From: Pseudomonadota bacterium
GTDB taxonomy: Bacteria > Bdellovibrionota_B > Oligoflexia > Oligoflexales > CAIYRB01
DNA length: 64,000 nt
Assembly (NCBI GenBank): GCA_031416315.1
Contig: JANOTL010000202.1
Coordinates: 14,257 to 78,256 of the forward strand
Direction of reading: 5' to 3'
The notes under the pieces are model-generated. The model did no database searches. It was not told the DNA's origin and worked only from the letters and a program-made list of their open reading frames with translations. Shown piece after piece: positions 37,781-46,561 of the stretch. A program made the position numbers and the translations under genes. How positions within the stretch are numbered: the stretch's first letter is position 1; each line of letters opens with the position of its first letter.

Positions 37781-38143
37781 TCAGTGGGCCGGATTCTGGG
37801 TCTCCGATGCGCCTTCGCGGCGACGCAGCTTCGCCAGGGCGATGAGCTCCGACCCGATGGCGAGGATCTTGACGCGGCCCAGGCCCGAAAGCTCGATGAG
37901 CTCCTCTTGCGAGTCAGGAAAGAGCTCGCAAACGGTGAGCAGCTGCCGGTTGGTCATGACCTGATACGGCGGCAAGCCAACATCCTTCGCCATGCGGGTG
38001 CGCAAGAGGACAAGGTCGCGATAGAAGCGGCGCCGCGCCGGATCCAGGGCCGCCAAGCGGCGGGCCTCCTCGAAGCGCCATTCGAGGCTGCGGTCGAGGC
38101 GGGCGAGAGGACTGAGCTGTGGGACGGCTTCGAGGATGGACAT
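37781..38143 (-). CDS. stand-alone HRDC domain protein
   Basis: LRTRMAKDVGLPPYQVMTNRQL...P.SQEEL..LSGLG..K...G.ELI. Confidence 0.8.
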   Translation of the reverse strand: MSILEAVPQLSPLARLDRSLEWRFEEARRLAALDPARRRFYRDLVLLRTRMAKDVGLPPYQVMTNRQLLTVCELFPDSQEELIELSGLGRVKILAIGSELIALAKLRRREGASETQNPAH

Positions 38144-38245
38144 GCGGGCTCCGGCGTGAGGGGGCCGCGCGGAAATGCGCGGCGTCATGCGCGGAAGCTA
38201 GTGGGACGCGACGGCGCGGGGAAGCGACATCGCATGTCCGCTCGC

Positions 38246-38950
38246 TCAGGGAGCTGCTGGAGCCGCCGCGACCAAACCCGCATCCAAGAGCTCGTTGCCT
38301 TTCGCCACGAACGCCGCCGCATCCCACGCTGGATCCTGGACGGCAAAGCCGCGCGAGCCAGCATCCATCATGACCGAATAAGGCGTGGTCGCCGGCAAGA
38401 CCTCAGAGGGCGTGCCGGGCGCGAAGAAGCTCCAGAGATCGCCGAAATCATCGTAGACCCACGCGGCGTTCTTCGCGACCTCGCGCTTCAGGCGGCGCTC
38501 GTCGTCGGTCGACAAATAGCCCATCGGATCGGTGACGACGACGACTTGCAAGAGCGTCGACGCGAGGCCTTGCGCCTCGAGACCGGTAGCGACGCTTGCG
38601 ATCCATTGCATGCAAGGAAAGCACGTGACGCTGGTGAATTGAAAGAGCGCGACCTCCTTCTTGCGATCCTTCAAGAGATCGCACATCGTGCGGACGCGGT
38701 TGCCCGACATGATGCGAAGCGAGTCCGCGGGCACGTGGCGCAGGTCGACCCCGGCTTCGGCCGCGGCTTCGTCCAATGCTAGTGCGGCTGGTGTCGCCGG
38801 CGCGCCGGAGCAGGTCACCGCGGCGACAAGGTCCGCGCCTTGGGCGACGCTTTTCCCCGTCGGCTTATCACGCGCGCTTTCCTCTGCGGCTCCGCAGGCC
38901 GCTAAGGCCGCGCCGAAAACGAGGAGGACGGTCGAAGAGAGTTTGTTCAC
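38246..38950 (-). CDS. thioredoxin-fold (TlpA/ResA-like) lipoprotein
   Basis: GTG start overlapping the cytochrome stop; LAAC lipobox; VALFQFTSVTCFPC; TPYSVMMD cis-Pro segment. Confidence 0.72.
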   Translation of the reverse strand: MNKLSSTVLLVFGAALAACGAAEESARDKPTGKSVAQGADLVAAVTCSGAPATPAALALDEAAAEAGVDLRHVPADSLRIMSGNRVRTMCDLLKDRKKEVALFQFTSVTCFPCMQWIASVATGLEAQGLASTLLQVVVVTDPMGYLSTDDERRLKREVAKNAAWVYDDFGDLWSFFAPGTPSEVLPATTPYSVMMDAGSRGFAVQDPAWDAAAFVAKGNELLDAGLVAAAPAAP

Positions 38951-39906
38951 GGTGCCTTCTCCAGATACGTGCCGTCGGCCCAGGCTTTGAAGAGATCTTT
39001 CTCGGCTTGGCCGAGCGCGCCACCCGCGCCTGCGGTCGGCATGGTCCCGGCCATGATGCGGACGAGGCTTCTGACGCCGCCCGCTTTCGCGGCCGCGAAG
39101 GTGTCGAGCGCGGGCGGGGTTCCGCCCGCGGCGTGACAGTTCGTGCAGTTGTTGGTTAGCAGGAGCTTGATGTCGTCGTTGTAGTTTACGACCTTCGGCG
39201 GCGCAGGAACGGGCACCGGTGCGGGCGCAGGCGCCGGAGCTGGCTCGGGGGCGGGCGCAGGCACCGGAGTGCCCGGAGCCGGGGTCGGGCCAGGAGCCGG
39301 CGCAGGAGCTCCAGGAGCCGGTGCAGGCTCCGGCGCCGGTGCCGGGGTGCCGTCGGCGGGCGCAGCGGGAGCGGCCACAACCGGCGCCTTCTTGCCGGGA
39401 GCCTGGCAGATCGCCTTCAGATCGTGCGGCAAGGACGCCGGCGCGGCCGTTGCTGGGCTCGTGCCGGTCGCCGGCACCACGGCGTCGACGGCGTTCTGCG
39501 CCATGCCCTGCTCGACCCATTGCGCGAACAGCTCTTGCTGCGCCGCGCCGAGCGCGGCGGCCGGCGGCATCGTGCCCGCTTTGATGCGGTTCAAGCTCGC
39601 CTCGCCCTCCGCCTCGAGGGCCGCGAAAGTCGACAGATCCGGCGACACACCTTTCGGGTTGTGGCAGCTGACGCATTGCGCATCGACGACCGCCTTCACG
39701 CTCTCGTTGTAGCCGATGCCGCCGCCGTCGACCAATGCGGCCGCGGCATGCGTCTCGTAGCAGGCGAACTCCGCGTCGGTGAACTTCTTCGCCGCGACGG
39801 TGCCGTCGGCGCCGCCGCCTTGTTTCGCATCTTCTTTCGGCTCGAGCGGGGCGCAGGCTGCAGTCGTGATCACGGCCAGCGCGACGAGCGCGTTACGGAG
39901 CTTCAT
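38947..39906 (-). CDS. diheme c-type cytochrome lipoprotein
   Basis: TAAC lipobox; CVSCH...GTMPP and CTNCH...GTMPT in two homologous domains joined by a Pro/Ala linker. Confidence 0.88.
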   Translation of the reverse strand: MKLRNALVALAVITTAACAPLEPKEDAKQGGGADGTVAAKKFTDAEFACYETHAAAALVDGGGIGYNESVKAVVDAQCVSCHNPKGVSPDLSTFAALEAEGEASLNRIKAGTMPPAAALGAAQQELFAQWVEQGMAQNAVDAVVPATGTSPATAAPASLPHDLKAICQAPGKKAPVVAAPAAPADGTPAPAPEPAPAPGAPAPAPGPTPAPGTPVPAPAPEPAPAPAPAPVPVPAPPKVVNYNDDIKLLLTNNCTNCHAAGGTPPALDTFAAAKAGGVRSLVRIMAGTMPTAGAGGALGQAEKDLFKAWADGTYLEKAP

Positions 39907-39964
39907 GGTCCATCCTCTAGTTGTCCGAGGTCCCGCGGGGGCTCGCTCGAAATCACTCGAAGGG

Positions 39965-39992
39965 GACTCGGTCGTATTGGCGAGCGCCTTTA
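39965..39992 (-). promoter_or_regulatory. sigma28/FliA-like promoter
   Basis: Minus strand TAAAG-N15-ACCGAGTC upstream of the cytochrome gene. Confidence 0.45.
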
Positions 39993-40040
39993 GAAATTTG
40001 AATTGCGGACGCCATTTCGCGTACTTGCGGAGGCGAACGC

Positions 40041-40074
40041 CGAAGCCCCCGGCCAAAGGGCGCCGGGGGCTTCG
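40041..40074 (-). terminator. GC-rich hairpin after the DUF4331 gene
   Basis: cgaagcccccggc-8 nt-gccgggggcttcg; weak U tract. Confidence 0.6.
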
Positions 40075-40093
40075 CGGATTTCTCGAGCTCAGC

Positions 40094-41602
40094 TCAAGGG
40101 CCGTAGGTCGGATAATCCACGTTGTGGAAATAAGAGCTGTGCGGCGCGTCGATGTACGGGAAGGCCGCGATCAAGCCGTTGGTCGTACCCCCTGGGGTCG
40201 CGTCGCCCGCAGTGACGAAGTCGTCGAGGAGGCAGTTCGCCGGGCTGAGGCCGACCGTCGGCGGTTCAACTTCACCGTACGGGTTAACCGGCGTGCCGGT
40301 GTTAGCCATCAGCTTCGTGCACTGTGCCAGGAAGGTGAGAGCGGCCTTGACGACGTCGTCTTTGAGCTGGCGGCCGGAGAGCGGCCACTCCTGGATGCCG
40401 AAGGCTTTGTTGACGCGGATCATATCGCCGGCGTTCTCGATCGAGCCCGGGATCTTGTTGATGTTCGGGAGGCCGTCGACGAAGGCGGCGACGAGGTCGG
40501 CGCGGCCGTCCTCTTTGATCGCGGTGATGAAGTTCGGCACGGTCGCGCCGGCGGCCCCGGCATATAGAAAGTTCAGCACATACGCGAGCTGCGGCTTCAC
40601 GACGTAGCCGGCGTAATTCTTGGCGTCGTCCTTCGGCTCGGTGTTGTTGAACTTGTCCTTGTCGTTGATCTTGATCACGACCTCGTTGACGAGCGGGTTG
40701 CCCAGGCGCGAGACCTGGACGTAGCCGCCGCCGAAGATCGAGTCTTTGCCGCCCAAGCGCCAGATGCCGGCTTGCGGACGGCTCGCGGTGGCCCAGACGC
40801 CGAATTTGCCGCTCTCGCCGCCGAAGTCGGCGTCGGGAATGTCGAACGCGATGGTGAGGACGTTAGCGCCTTTGAGCGAATCACGCGGGTTGCCGGTGAC
40901 GGGGCCGTCGCCCGGGACGACCTCGGGAATACGCGGACTGACGCGGTCGAAGACAGCGCCCAGATCGACGAAGAAGGGGTCGTTGCGCGGCCCGGCGAAG
41001 AAGTGCGAGGTGCCAACCGGCTGGATCGCGTTCGCGGCGAGGGAGTTGTATGCCGCGTACATCAGGGCGTGGTCGCCCTTGTTGGCGGCGCCGCCATCGG
41101 TCGTGTAAGGCCCGATGCGCGGCGGCGCGACCGGCAGACCCTTGGCGATCTCGGTCCGCGTTCCCGTGCGGCGGTTGCCGACGATCTTCGTAACTTTGTA
41201 GAGCTGCGACAGGGCGCCGCTGAACGAGCCGTTCGCGTACGTGATGGCCGGGAAGTTCGCGACGATCAGCGCGTTCTCGCCCAGGCCCTTGTAGTCGGCC
41301 GTCTTGAACTCGAACTGATAGGTCGTGTCCTCGACGCCGTCGCCGTTGACGTCGATGTGCACTTCGTAGATCGCGTCGTCGGCGAAGCGATACCAGTTCG
41401 GGCCCGCGTACGCCTGGTAGGCGGGCGAGACGTTCAGGATGAACGAGGTGTGGGTCGTCGGCTTCGCCGGAGTCGGGAAAACATAGAGGTCGGAGATGTC
41501 GACGGCCGGATCTTGGGAGATGGCCGGGGCCTCGCGGTGACTCGAGGCGAGAGCGACGCCGGCGGTGAGCGCGGTGGCGGCGACGAAGAGCTTCTGCAAC
41601 AT
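40094..41602 (-). CDS. secreted DUF4331 family protein
   Basis: ALA|SSHREAP, DISDLYVF, FAGPRNDPFFVDL, QVSRLGNPLVNEV, GR...DDVV, FPYI..PH; GGAGG RBS. Confidence 0.9.
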   Translation of the reverse strand: MLQKLFVAATALTAGVALASSHREAPAISQDPAVDISDLYVFPTPAKPTTHTSFILNVSPAYQAYAGPNWYRFADDAIYEVHIDVNGDGVEDTTYQFEFKTADYKGLGENALIVANFPAITYANGSFSGALSQLYKVTKIVGNRRTGTRTEIAKGLPVAPPRIGPYTTDGGAANKGDHALMYAAYNSLAANAIQPVGTSHFFAGPRNDPFFVDLGAVFDRVSPRIPEVVPGDGPVTGNPRDSLKGANVLTIAFDIPDADFGGESGKFGVWATASRPQAGIWRLGGKDSIFGGGYVQVSRLGNPLVNEVVIKINDKDKFNNTEPKDDAKNYAGYVVKPQLAYVLNFLYAGAAGATVPNFITAIKEDGRADLVAAFVDGLPNINKIPGSIENAGDMIRVNKAFGIQEWPLSGRQLKDDVVKAALTFLAQCTKLMANTGTPVNPYGEVEPPTVGLSPANCLLDDFVTAGDATPGGTTNGLIAAFPYIDAPHSSYFHNVDYPTYGP

Positions 41603-41639
41603 AAGGAAACCTCCACGAGTAATTCTAAAAAACTTTTGT

Positions 41640-42026
41640 TTATTCAACGTCGGTCGCGACGACGTCGACTTTCGCGCCGCCCTCGAAATTCACCGCGGCG
41701 AGCTGCGCGCACAGCTTGGTCGCATGGGCGCGCGCTTCGTCGGCGTCGGCGATGCCAAGTGGCGCGATCTCCGAAGCGTCGACTCCGAAGCACTTCGCGA
41801 GCATGGCTTCCGCCGTCTCGACTACGGGCGTAACGGGGCCGGGAGCGGGAGCCGGGCCTGGCGCGGGACCGGGAGCAGGGCCCGGCTCAGGCGCGGTCGG
41901 CGTCGGCTTCTTCTTCGGCGTATCGTCCTTATCGTCCTTTTTCTTGCATGCACCGGCGTAGCTGACGGCTACACCTAAGACGAGAATCGAAGCAATCGAC
42001 CTCGCCTTCGAGAGGGTGATCTTCAT
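41640..42026 (-). CDS. small lipoprotein with PAPG repeat linker
   Basis: YAGAC lipobox, KKKDDKDD, (PGPA)n, two further Cys; GAGG RBS. Confidence 0.75.
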   Translation of the reverse strand: MKITLSKARSIASILVLGVAVSYAGACKKKDDKDDTPKKKPTPTAPEPGPAPGPAPGPAPAPGPVTPVVETAEAMLAKCFGVDASEIAPLGIADADEARAHATKLCAQLAAVNFEGGAKVDVVATDVE

Positions 42027-42162
42027 GGGGACCTCATACGTAAAAGCACTCATCTACTGTCGACGAGCCCCGATGGTAACAGCTCGGACGCTGTACCGCT
42101 CGGTCGCATGAGATATTTATGGGTCGCCTGCGCACGCCTCGTTTACGCTGCGCGCGACTTGA

Positions 42163-43371
42163 TCATGGAACGATAAACGTCCACGTCTGCGGCACGCCCG
42201 GCACGTTCATGGCCAAGGGCAATTGCGTGTCGACCAACATCCCCGTCAGGCGCCGCAGCCGCGAGTCGACGAAGAATTTCGTCGACGGCCGCAGGCCGAG
42301 CGAGTTGGTCACTTGCGCCCCACCGAAGTCGATCGCAAGCTCGTAGGCCAAGTCGCCGGTGAAGCCGGAGACGGCGCCGATGCGACGAAGAGACACAGTT
42401 CCGGTCAGCACGGTGCCGGCCGTAAGGCCAGAGACCGTGGAGGTGACGATGGTCGCCTTCACGCCGCTCCAGGTCTTGTCGGTCGCGAGCTCCGCGTCGA
42501 AGCGCTCCTTCGCCGCGCCGGCGAAGATTCCCGTCGGCAGCGGCGGGTCGAAGGTGACGTCGACTGAGCCCGCGCCCGTCTGCGTCGTCAATTTTCGGGC
42601 GCCGGCCACGGTGCAGACGATCTTCTCCCAACCGGCCGCGGGTGCGGCGACGGGCACGGCCTTGCCCGGCTCCAGACGCTCGTCGATCCTGACCAGCTCG
42701 GCCGAGCTCGAGCCGGCAGCGAGGTCGGTCGCCGTCTCGGCGCGCGTGATGGCGCGCTCGTTGTTGCCGGAGACGGCGAAGGACAGGCTCGAGACGCTGG
42801 CGGCGGTGGTGGAGCGTAGCGCGACGGTGGGCGTGACGATCAGCATGTAGTCGACGGTGAACAAACCGCTCTTGATCTCGCCGGACTGCTGCTGCGGCGC
42901 ACCGGCCGCGTTGGCGCTCAGGATCTCGAGCTCGGGGCGCTCGGTGTCGACGCCGCAGGCCTCCATCAACTTGGCGCGGGCGATCTCGCCCGACGGCTCG
43001 TCGTCGACCTCGTCGCCCGTAGCGCCGCCGTCGGGCGCCTCGGGATCCGGGAGGCTACCGCCGTCGGGCGAGGGCGCCGGGGCCGGCGCCGGCGCGGGCG
43101 CCAATGGGGGCGGCGGCTCAGGGTCGCGCACGTTGCCGCCGTCCGCGTCAGGCTCGTCCTCGACTGGCTTCTTCTTCTTGTCCTTGGCTTTCTTCGCTTT
43201 GTCGTCGTCGTCATCGTCGTCGTCGGACGTGGCATCGTCGTCCGAGCCGGTGTCGTTCGGCACGGCGTTCCCGTAAAACGGCGAGGGGCTCGTGGGCGGC
43301 AGCGGCGCCGGCTCGGAGCCGCAAGCGGCGAGGGATAGTGGAAGGCCTAGGGCGTAAGCCAAAAGGCGCAT
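42163..43371 (-). CDS. lipoprotein with acidic/Pro-rich linker and beta-rich domain
   Basis: LAAC lipobox; poly-Asp and PAPA stretches; GGAGG RBS. Confidence 0.75.
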   Translation of the reverse strand: MRLLAYALGLPLSLAACGSEPAPLPPTSPSPFYGNAVPNDTGSDDDATSDDDDDDDDKAKKAKDKKKKPVEDEPDADGGNVRDPEPPPPLAPAPAPAPAPSPDGGSLPDPEAPDGGATGDEVDDEPSGEIARAKLMEACGVDTERPELEILSANAAGAPQQQSGEIKSGLFTVDYMLIVTPTVALRSTTAASVSSLSFAVSGNNERAITRAETATDLAAGSSSAELVRIDERLEPGKAVPVAAPAAGWEKIVCTVAGARKLTTQTGAGSVDVTFDPPLPTGIFAGAAKERFDAELATDKTWSGVKATIVTSTVSGLTAGTVLTGTVSLRRIGAVSGFTGDLAYELAIDFGGAQVTNSLGLRPSTKFFVDSRLRRLTGMLVDTQLPLAMNVPGVPQTWTFIVP

Positions 43372-43599
43372 GATTTTGTTCCTCCAGAAGACGTGCGTGC
43401 GGGCGAGCGAGATCGCCCATCAGGGGCCTCGGAGAAAGCTGGCGCTGCGCTTGAGCAAAAGAAAAAGAGAATCGATTCTCTCCGTCGTTCCTTGGCGTTG
43501 GAGCCCGCCCTGAGTGGGGTATTCACCGGCGAGACTTCGGCTCCGAGCCGAGCTCCGGCCGATTTCACGGCTAAGATGTAAGGGAAATGTGGAGGGTCC

Positions 43600-46530
43600 A
43601 TGCGCAAGACGGTTCTCGTGCTCACCTGCCTGACGGGCGCTTCCGGGCTGATCTACGAGGTGGTCTGGCAACGCTACCTGGCCAACCTCTTCGGCAGCCA
43701 TGCGCGCGCGAGCGTCTTGATCCTCGCGGTGTTTCTCGGCGGGCTCGGGCTCGGCTATGCGGCCTTCGGACGCTTGAGCAAGGAGCGCGGCGCCGCCTCA
43801 CTGCTGCGCGCCTACGGCCTCGCGGAGCTCGGGATCGCCGCTTGGGCTTTCGCGTTCCCGACCATGTTCGAGACGATCTGGGCCGCGGACGGCCTGCGCG
43901 CGGAACTGTCGTCTTTGGGCGCCTTCGGTGACGCGCTGCTCGCGGCGCTTTTAATCGGCGCGCCGACGGTGCTCATGGGGGGGACGCTGCCCCTCCTGAC
44001 GCGCGCTCTGGCGCGGAATCTTCGCGATGCGACGCGTTTCCACGCGCACGTCTACGCGGTGAATACCGCAGGCGCCTGCCTCGGCGCCTTGGGCGCGGGC
44101 TTCGTCCTGATCCCGGCGTTCGGCCTGCCGCTCACCATGATGGGCGTCGCGGCGGTGAATGCCGCGACCGGCCTCGTCTTTCTCGCAATGGCGAGCGCCG
44201 TCACCGAGGCCGTTGAAGCGCCGGGCGTCGCGACCGCGTCCCCCGGCGAAAGCGCGAGCGAGACGGCGATGGGCGCGTGGCGTGCGTGCATGCTGGCATT
44301 TTTGGGCGGCGCGGTCTCGATCTGCCTGCAGACCGTGGTGATCCGCATCGTGGGGCTCAGCGTCGGCAGCTCTGAGTACGCGTTCTCGATGGTGGTCGCC
44401 GTTTTCATCGCGATGCTCGCCGCGGGCGCCGCAATCAAAGGGAGCGGCAAGAGTGGAGCGCTGCTCCGGAACCAAGGCGTCGTCATCCTCGGGCTGATCG
44501 TGCTCTACGCGAGCGTTCCGTACTGGCCGTGGGTCGCGCACCTCGCGCGCGCGACGTTCGCGTCGAACGGCATCGCCTTCTATGCCTACTATGCGGCCAT
44601 TTTCCTGCTCCTGGCCGCGGTCCTCTCATTGCCGGTCGGCGCGCTCGGGCGCTCGATGCCCCTCCTTTTCGGCGCCGTGAATCGCCGCATTGGAAGCTCG
44701 GGAAACGAGGTGGGGCGGCTCTACGGCTGGAACACGCTGGGCTGCATCGCTGGGGCCACGCTCGGCGGCTATGTCGCGCTGCGCTTCGTGAACCTGGATG
44801 ATGTCGCCCGCTTCTGCATCGCCCTCGCCACGCTCGCGGGAATGATGATGATGACCGCGAAAGCGCGCCTTCTCGGGCCGGCCCTGGCCCTCGTCGGCGC
44901 GCTGCTCGCCGTCGTCTTTTTGCCGCCCTGGCCCGAGGACCATCTCGGCTTCGGGCTCTTTCGGCTGACGGCTTTGACCCCGAGCTCCCTCGACGGGGCG
45001 GAGGCCATGTACCGCGAGCGGAATGCGGGCCTCACCTATCTCTTCTATCGTGACGATCCCAACACGACGGTCGCGGTGACGGAGGCGGTCGAGCAGACGC
45101 GGCTCCAGGACGGGTTCTCGCGCTCGCTCGTGGTGAACGGAAAATCGGACGGCTCGACGGGGGGCCCGGACCGGTACACGACCATCCTTTTGGGTCAGAT
45201 TCCGGCACTCCTGCAGGAGTCGGGCTCCGATCGAGCGGCCGTCGTCGGCTTCGGGACGGGGCTCACCGTCGGGACCTTGAGCTTGCACGGCTGGGTTAAG
45301 ACGATCGACGTCATCGAGATCTCGGAGGCCGTGCGCGACGCCGCGCCGCTTTTCGACGCGTCGAACCACGCGGCCTCGCGGCATCCGAAGGTGACCTGGC
45401 ACTTGGACGACGCGTACCGGAAACTGGCGGCGTCGACCGAGCGCTACGGCGTCATCGTTTCGGAACCGTCGAATCCATGGGTGACGGGGGTCGAGCGGCT
45501 CTATACGCAGGAGTTTTACGCGCTGATGCGCCAGCGCCTAGCGGAAGGCGGCGTGTTCGCGCAGTGGTTTCACACTTACAGCGTGTCCGCGGATACGGTC
45601 GGCTTGGTGATCAACACGTTTGCGACGGTCTTTCCAGGGGTGCGCATCTTCTACACGAGCTCGGGCGATCTCTTGCTCCTCGGCTCCGCGAAGCGCCTCG
45701 GCACGAGCGCCGTGACGACGGCGGCGGCGCGGATGGCGGAGCCGGAGGTGCGCTCCGAGCTCTTGTCCCTGGAGATCGGCACCGTATCGGCGCTGCTCGG
45801 CTACGAGCTTTGGCTCGCGCCGGCGGCGTATGGCGAGCACGGGTTGCAGCTGCTCGATTTTCCGAAGCTCTCGCACCGCGCCGGGCGGGAGTTTTTTCAG
45901 CAGCTGACAGGGGACGCGCCGCGTTTGGCGGAGGCTCTGACGCTTCGGCCGTGGACGCGGGAAATGGCGGTGCGGACCTTGCTGCAGGAAAGCGGGCTAC
46001 CTCTTCAGGAGGCGTTGCCGCAGATCTGCAACGTGCGCGCGGCGGACGTTTACAATCGCCTGGAGTCGCAGAGCTGGCAGTGCCGGTCGGCGGCGATGAG
46101 CTTGGCGATGACGGGCAAGGTCGATGCGGCCGCGGCAGGCGACGTGGCCGGAATCGTGCTCTGGCTCTCGGGGAAAGACGGCGGCACGGCGCCGGCGGAT
46201 GCAACGCCCCGGTTGGCGCGGCGCTACATCGAGGCTTTTGCTGACTATGAGTCCGCTTTGCTGCCGCTTTCCGCGGCACGCTTGGGGGAGGCGGCGGCGC
46301 CTTGCCTCGGGGCTTTGAGTGACGAGAACGTGTTTTGTCGTGGGCGTTATATCGTGGCTCTGGCGCTAGCAGGAGACGGTGATGGCGCGGCGCGCGAGAT
46401 GAACCGGATGGTGGAAGAGGCGCGTGCAGGGAAACGGAAGTTGCCGCGGGTGATGCTTGGGGACATGCGGGAGGCGGTGGGGGGAGCGTTGCGGGCACGG
46501 GAATCGCGGAACGGCGCGGCGGCGCGATAA
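43600..46530 (+). CDS. fused membrane (MFS-like)/spermidine synthase-like protein
   Basis: GLIYEVVW, YAVNTAGA, NGKSDG, VVGFGTG, IEISEAV, SEPSNPW, LYTQEFY, GGVFAQW. Confidence 0.88.
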   Translation: MRKTVLVLTCLTGASGLIYEVVWQRYLANLFGSHARASVLILAVFLGGLGLGYAAFGRLSKERGAASLLRAYGLAELGIAAWAFAFPTMFETIWAADGLRAELSSLGAFGDALLAALLIGAPTVLMGGTLPLLTRALARNLRDATRFHAHVYAVNTAGACLGALGAGFVLIPAFGLPLTMMGVAAVNAATGLVFLAMASAVTEAVEAPGVATASPGESASETAMGAWRACMLAFLGGAVSICLQTVVIRIVGLSVGSSEYAFSMVVAVFIAMLAAGAAIKGSGKSGALLRNQGVVILGLIVLYASVPYWPWVAHLARATFASNGIAFYAYYAAIFLLLAAVLSLPVGALGRSMPLLFGAVNRRIGSSGNEVGRLYGWNTLGCIAGATLGGYVALRFVNLDDVARFCIALATLAGMMMMTAKARLLGPALALVGALLAVVFLPPWPEDHLGFGLFRLTALTPSSLDGAEAMYRERNAGLTYLFYRDDPNTTVAVTEAVEQTRLQDGFSRSLVVNGKSDGSTGGPDRYTTILLGQIPALLQESGSDRAAVVGFGTGLTVGTLSLHGWVKTIDVIEISEAVRDAAPLFDASNHAASRHPKVTWHLDDAYRKLAASTERYGVIVSEPSNPWVTGVERLYTQEFYALMRQRLAEGGVFAQWFHTYSVSADTVGLVINTFATVFPGVRIFYTSSGDLLLLGSAKRLGTSAVTTAAARMAEPEVRSELLSLEIGTVSALLGYELWLAPAAYGEHGLQLLDFPKLSHRAGREFFQQLTGDAPRLAEALTLRPWTREMAVRTLLQESGLPLQEALPQICNVRAADVYNRLESQSWQCRSAAMSLAMTGKVDAAAAGDVAGIVLWLSGKDGGTAPADATPRLARRYIEAFADYESALLPLSAARLGEAAAPCLGALSDENVFCRGRYIVALALAGDGDGAAREMNRMVEEARAGKRKLPRVMLGDMREAVGGALRARESRNGAAAR

Positions 46531-46561
46531 AAAGCTCCGGCCGGCCGGAGCTCTCTTTTTT
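46529..46561. terminator. bidirectional terminator
   Basis: aaaaagctccgg-ccgg-ccggagctctctttttt between convergent genes. Confidence 0.75.

Noticed and set aside
39195..39380. Tandem DNA repeats (also around 41836-41890 and 43070-43110)
   Set aside because: Degenerate codons for Pro/Ala linkers inside CDSs, not independent elements
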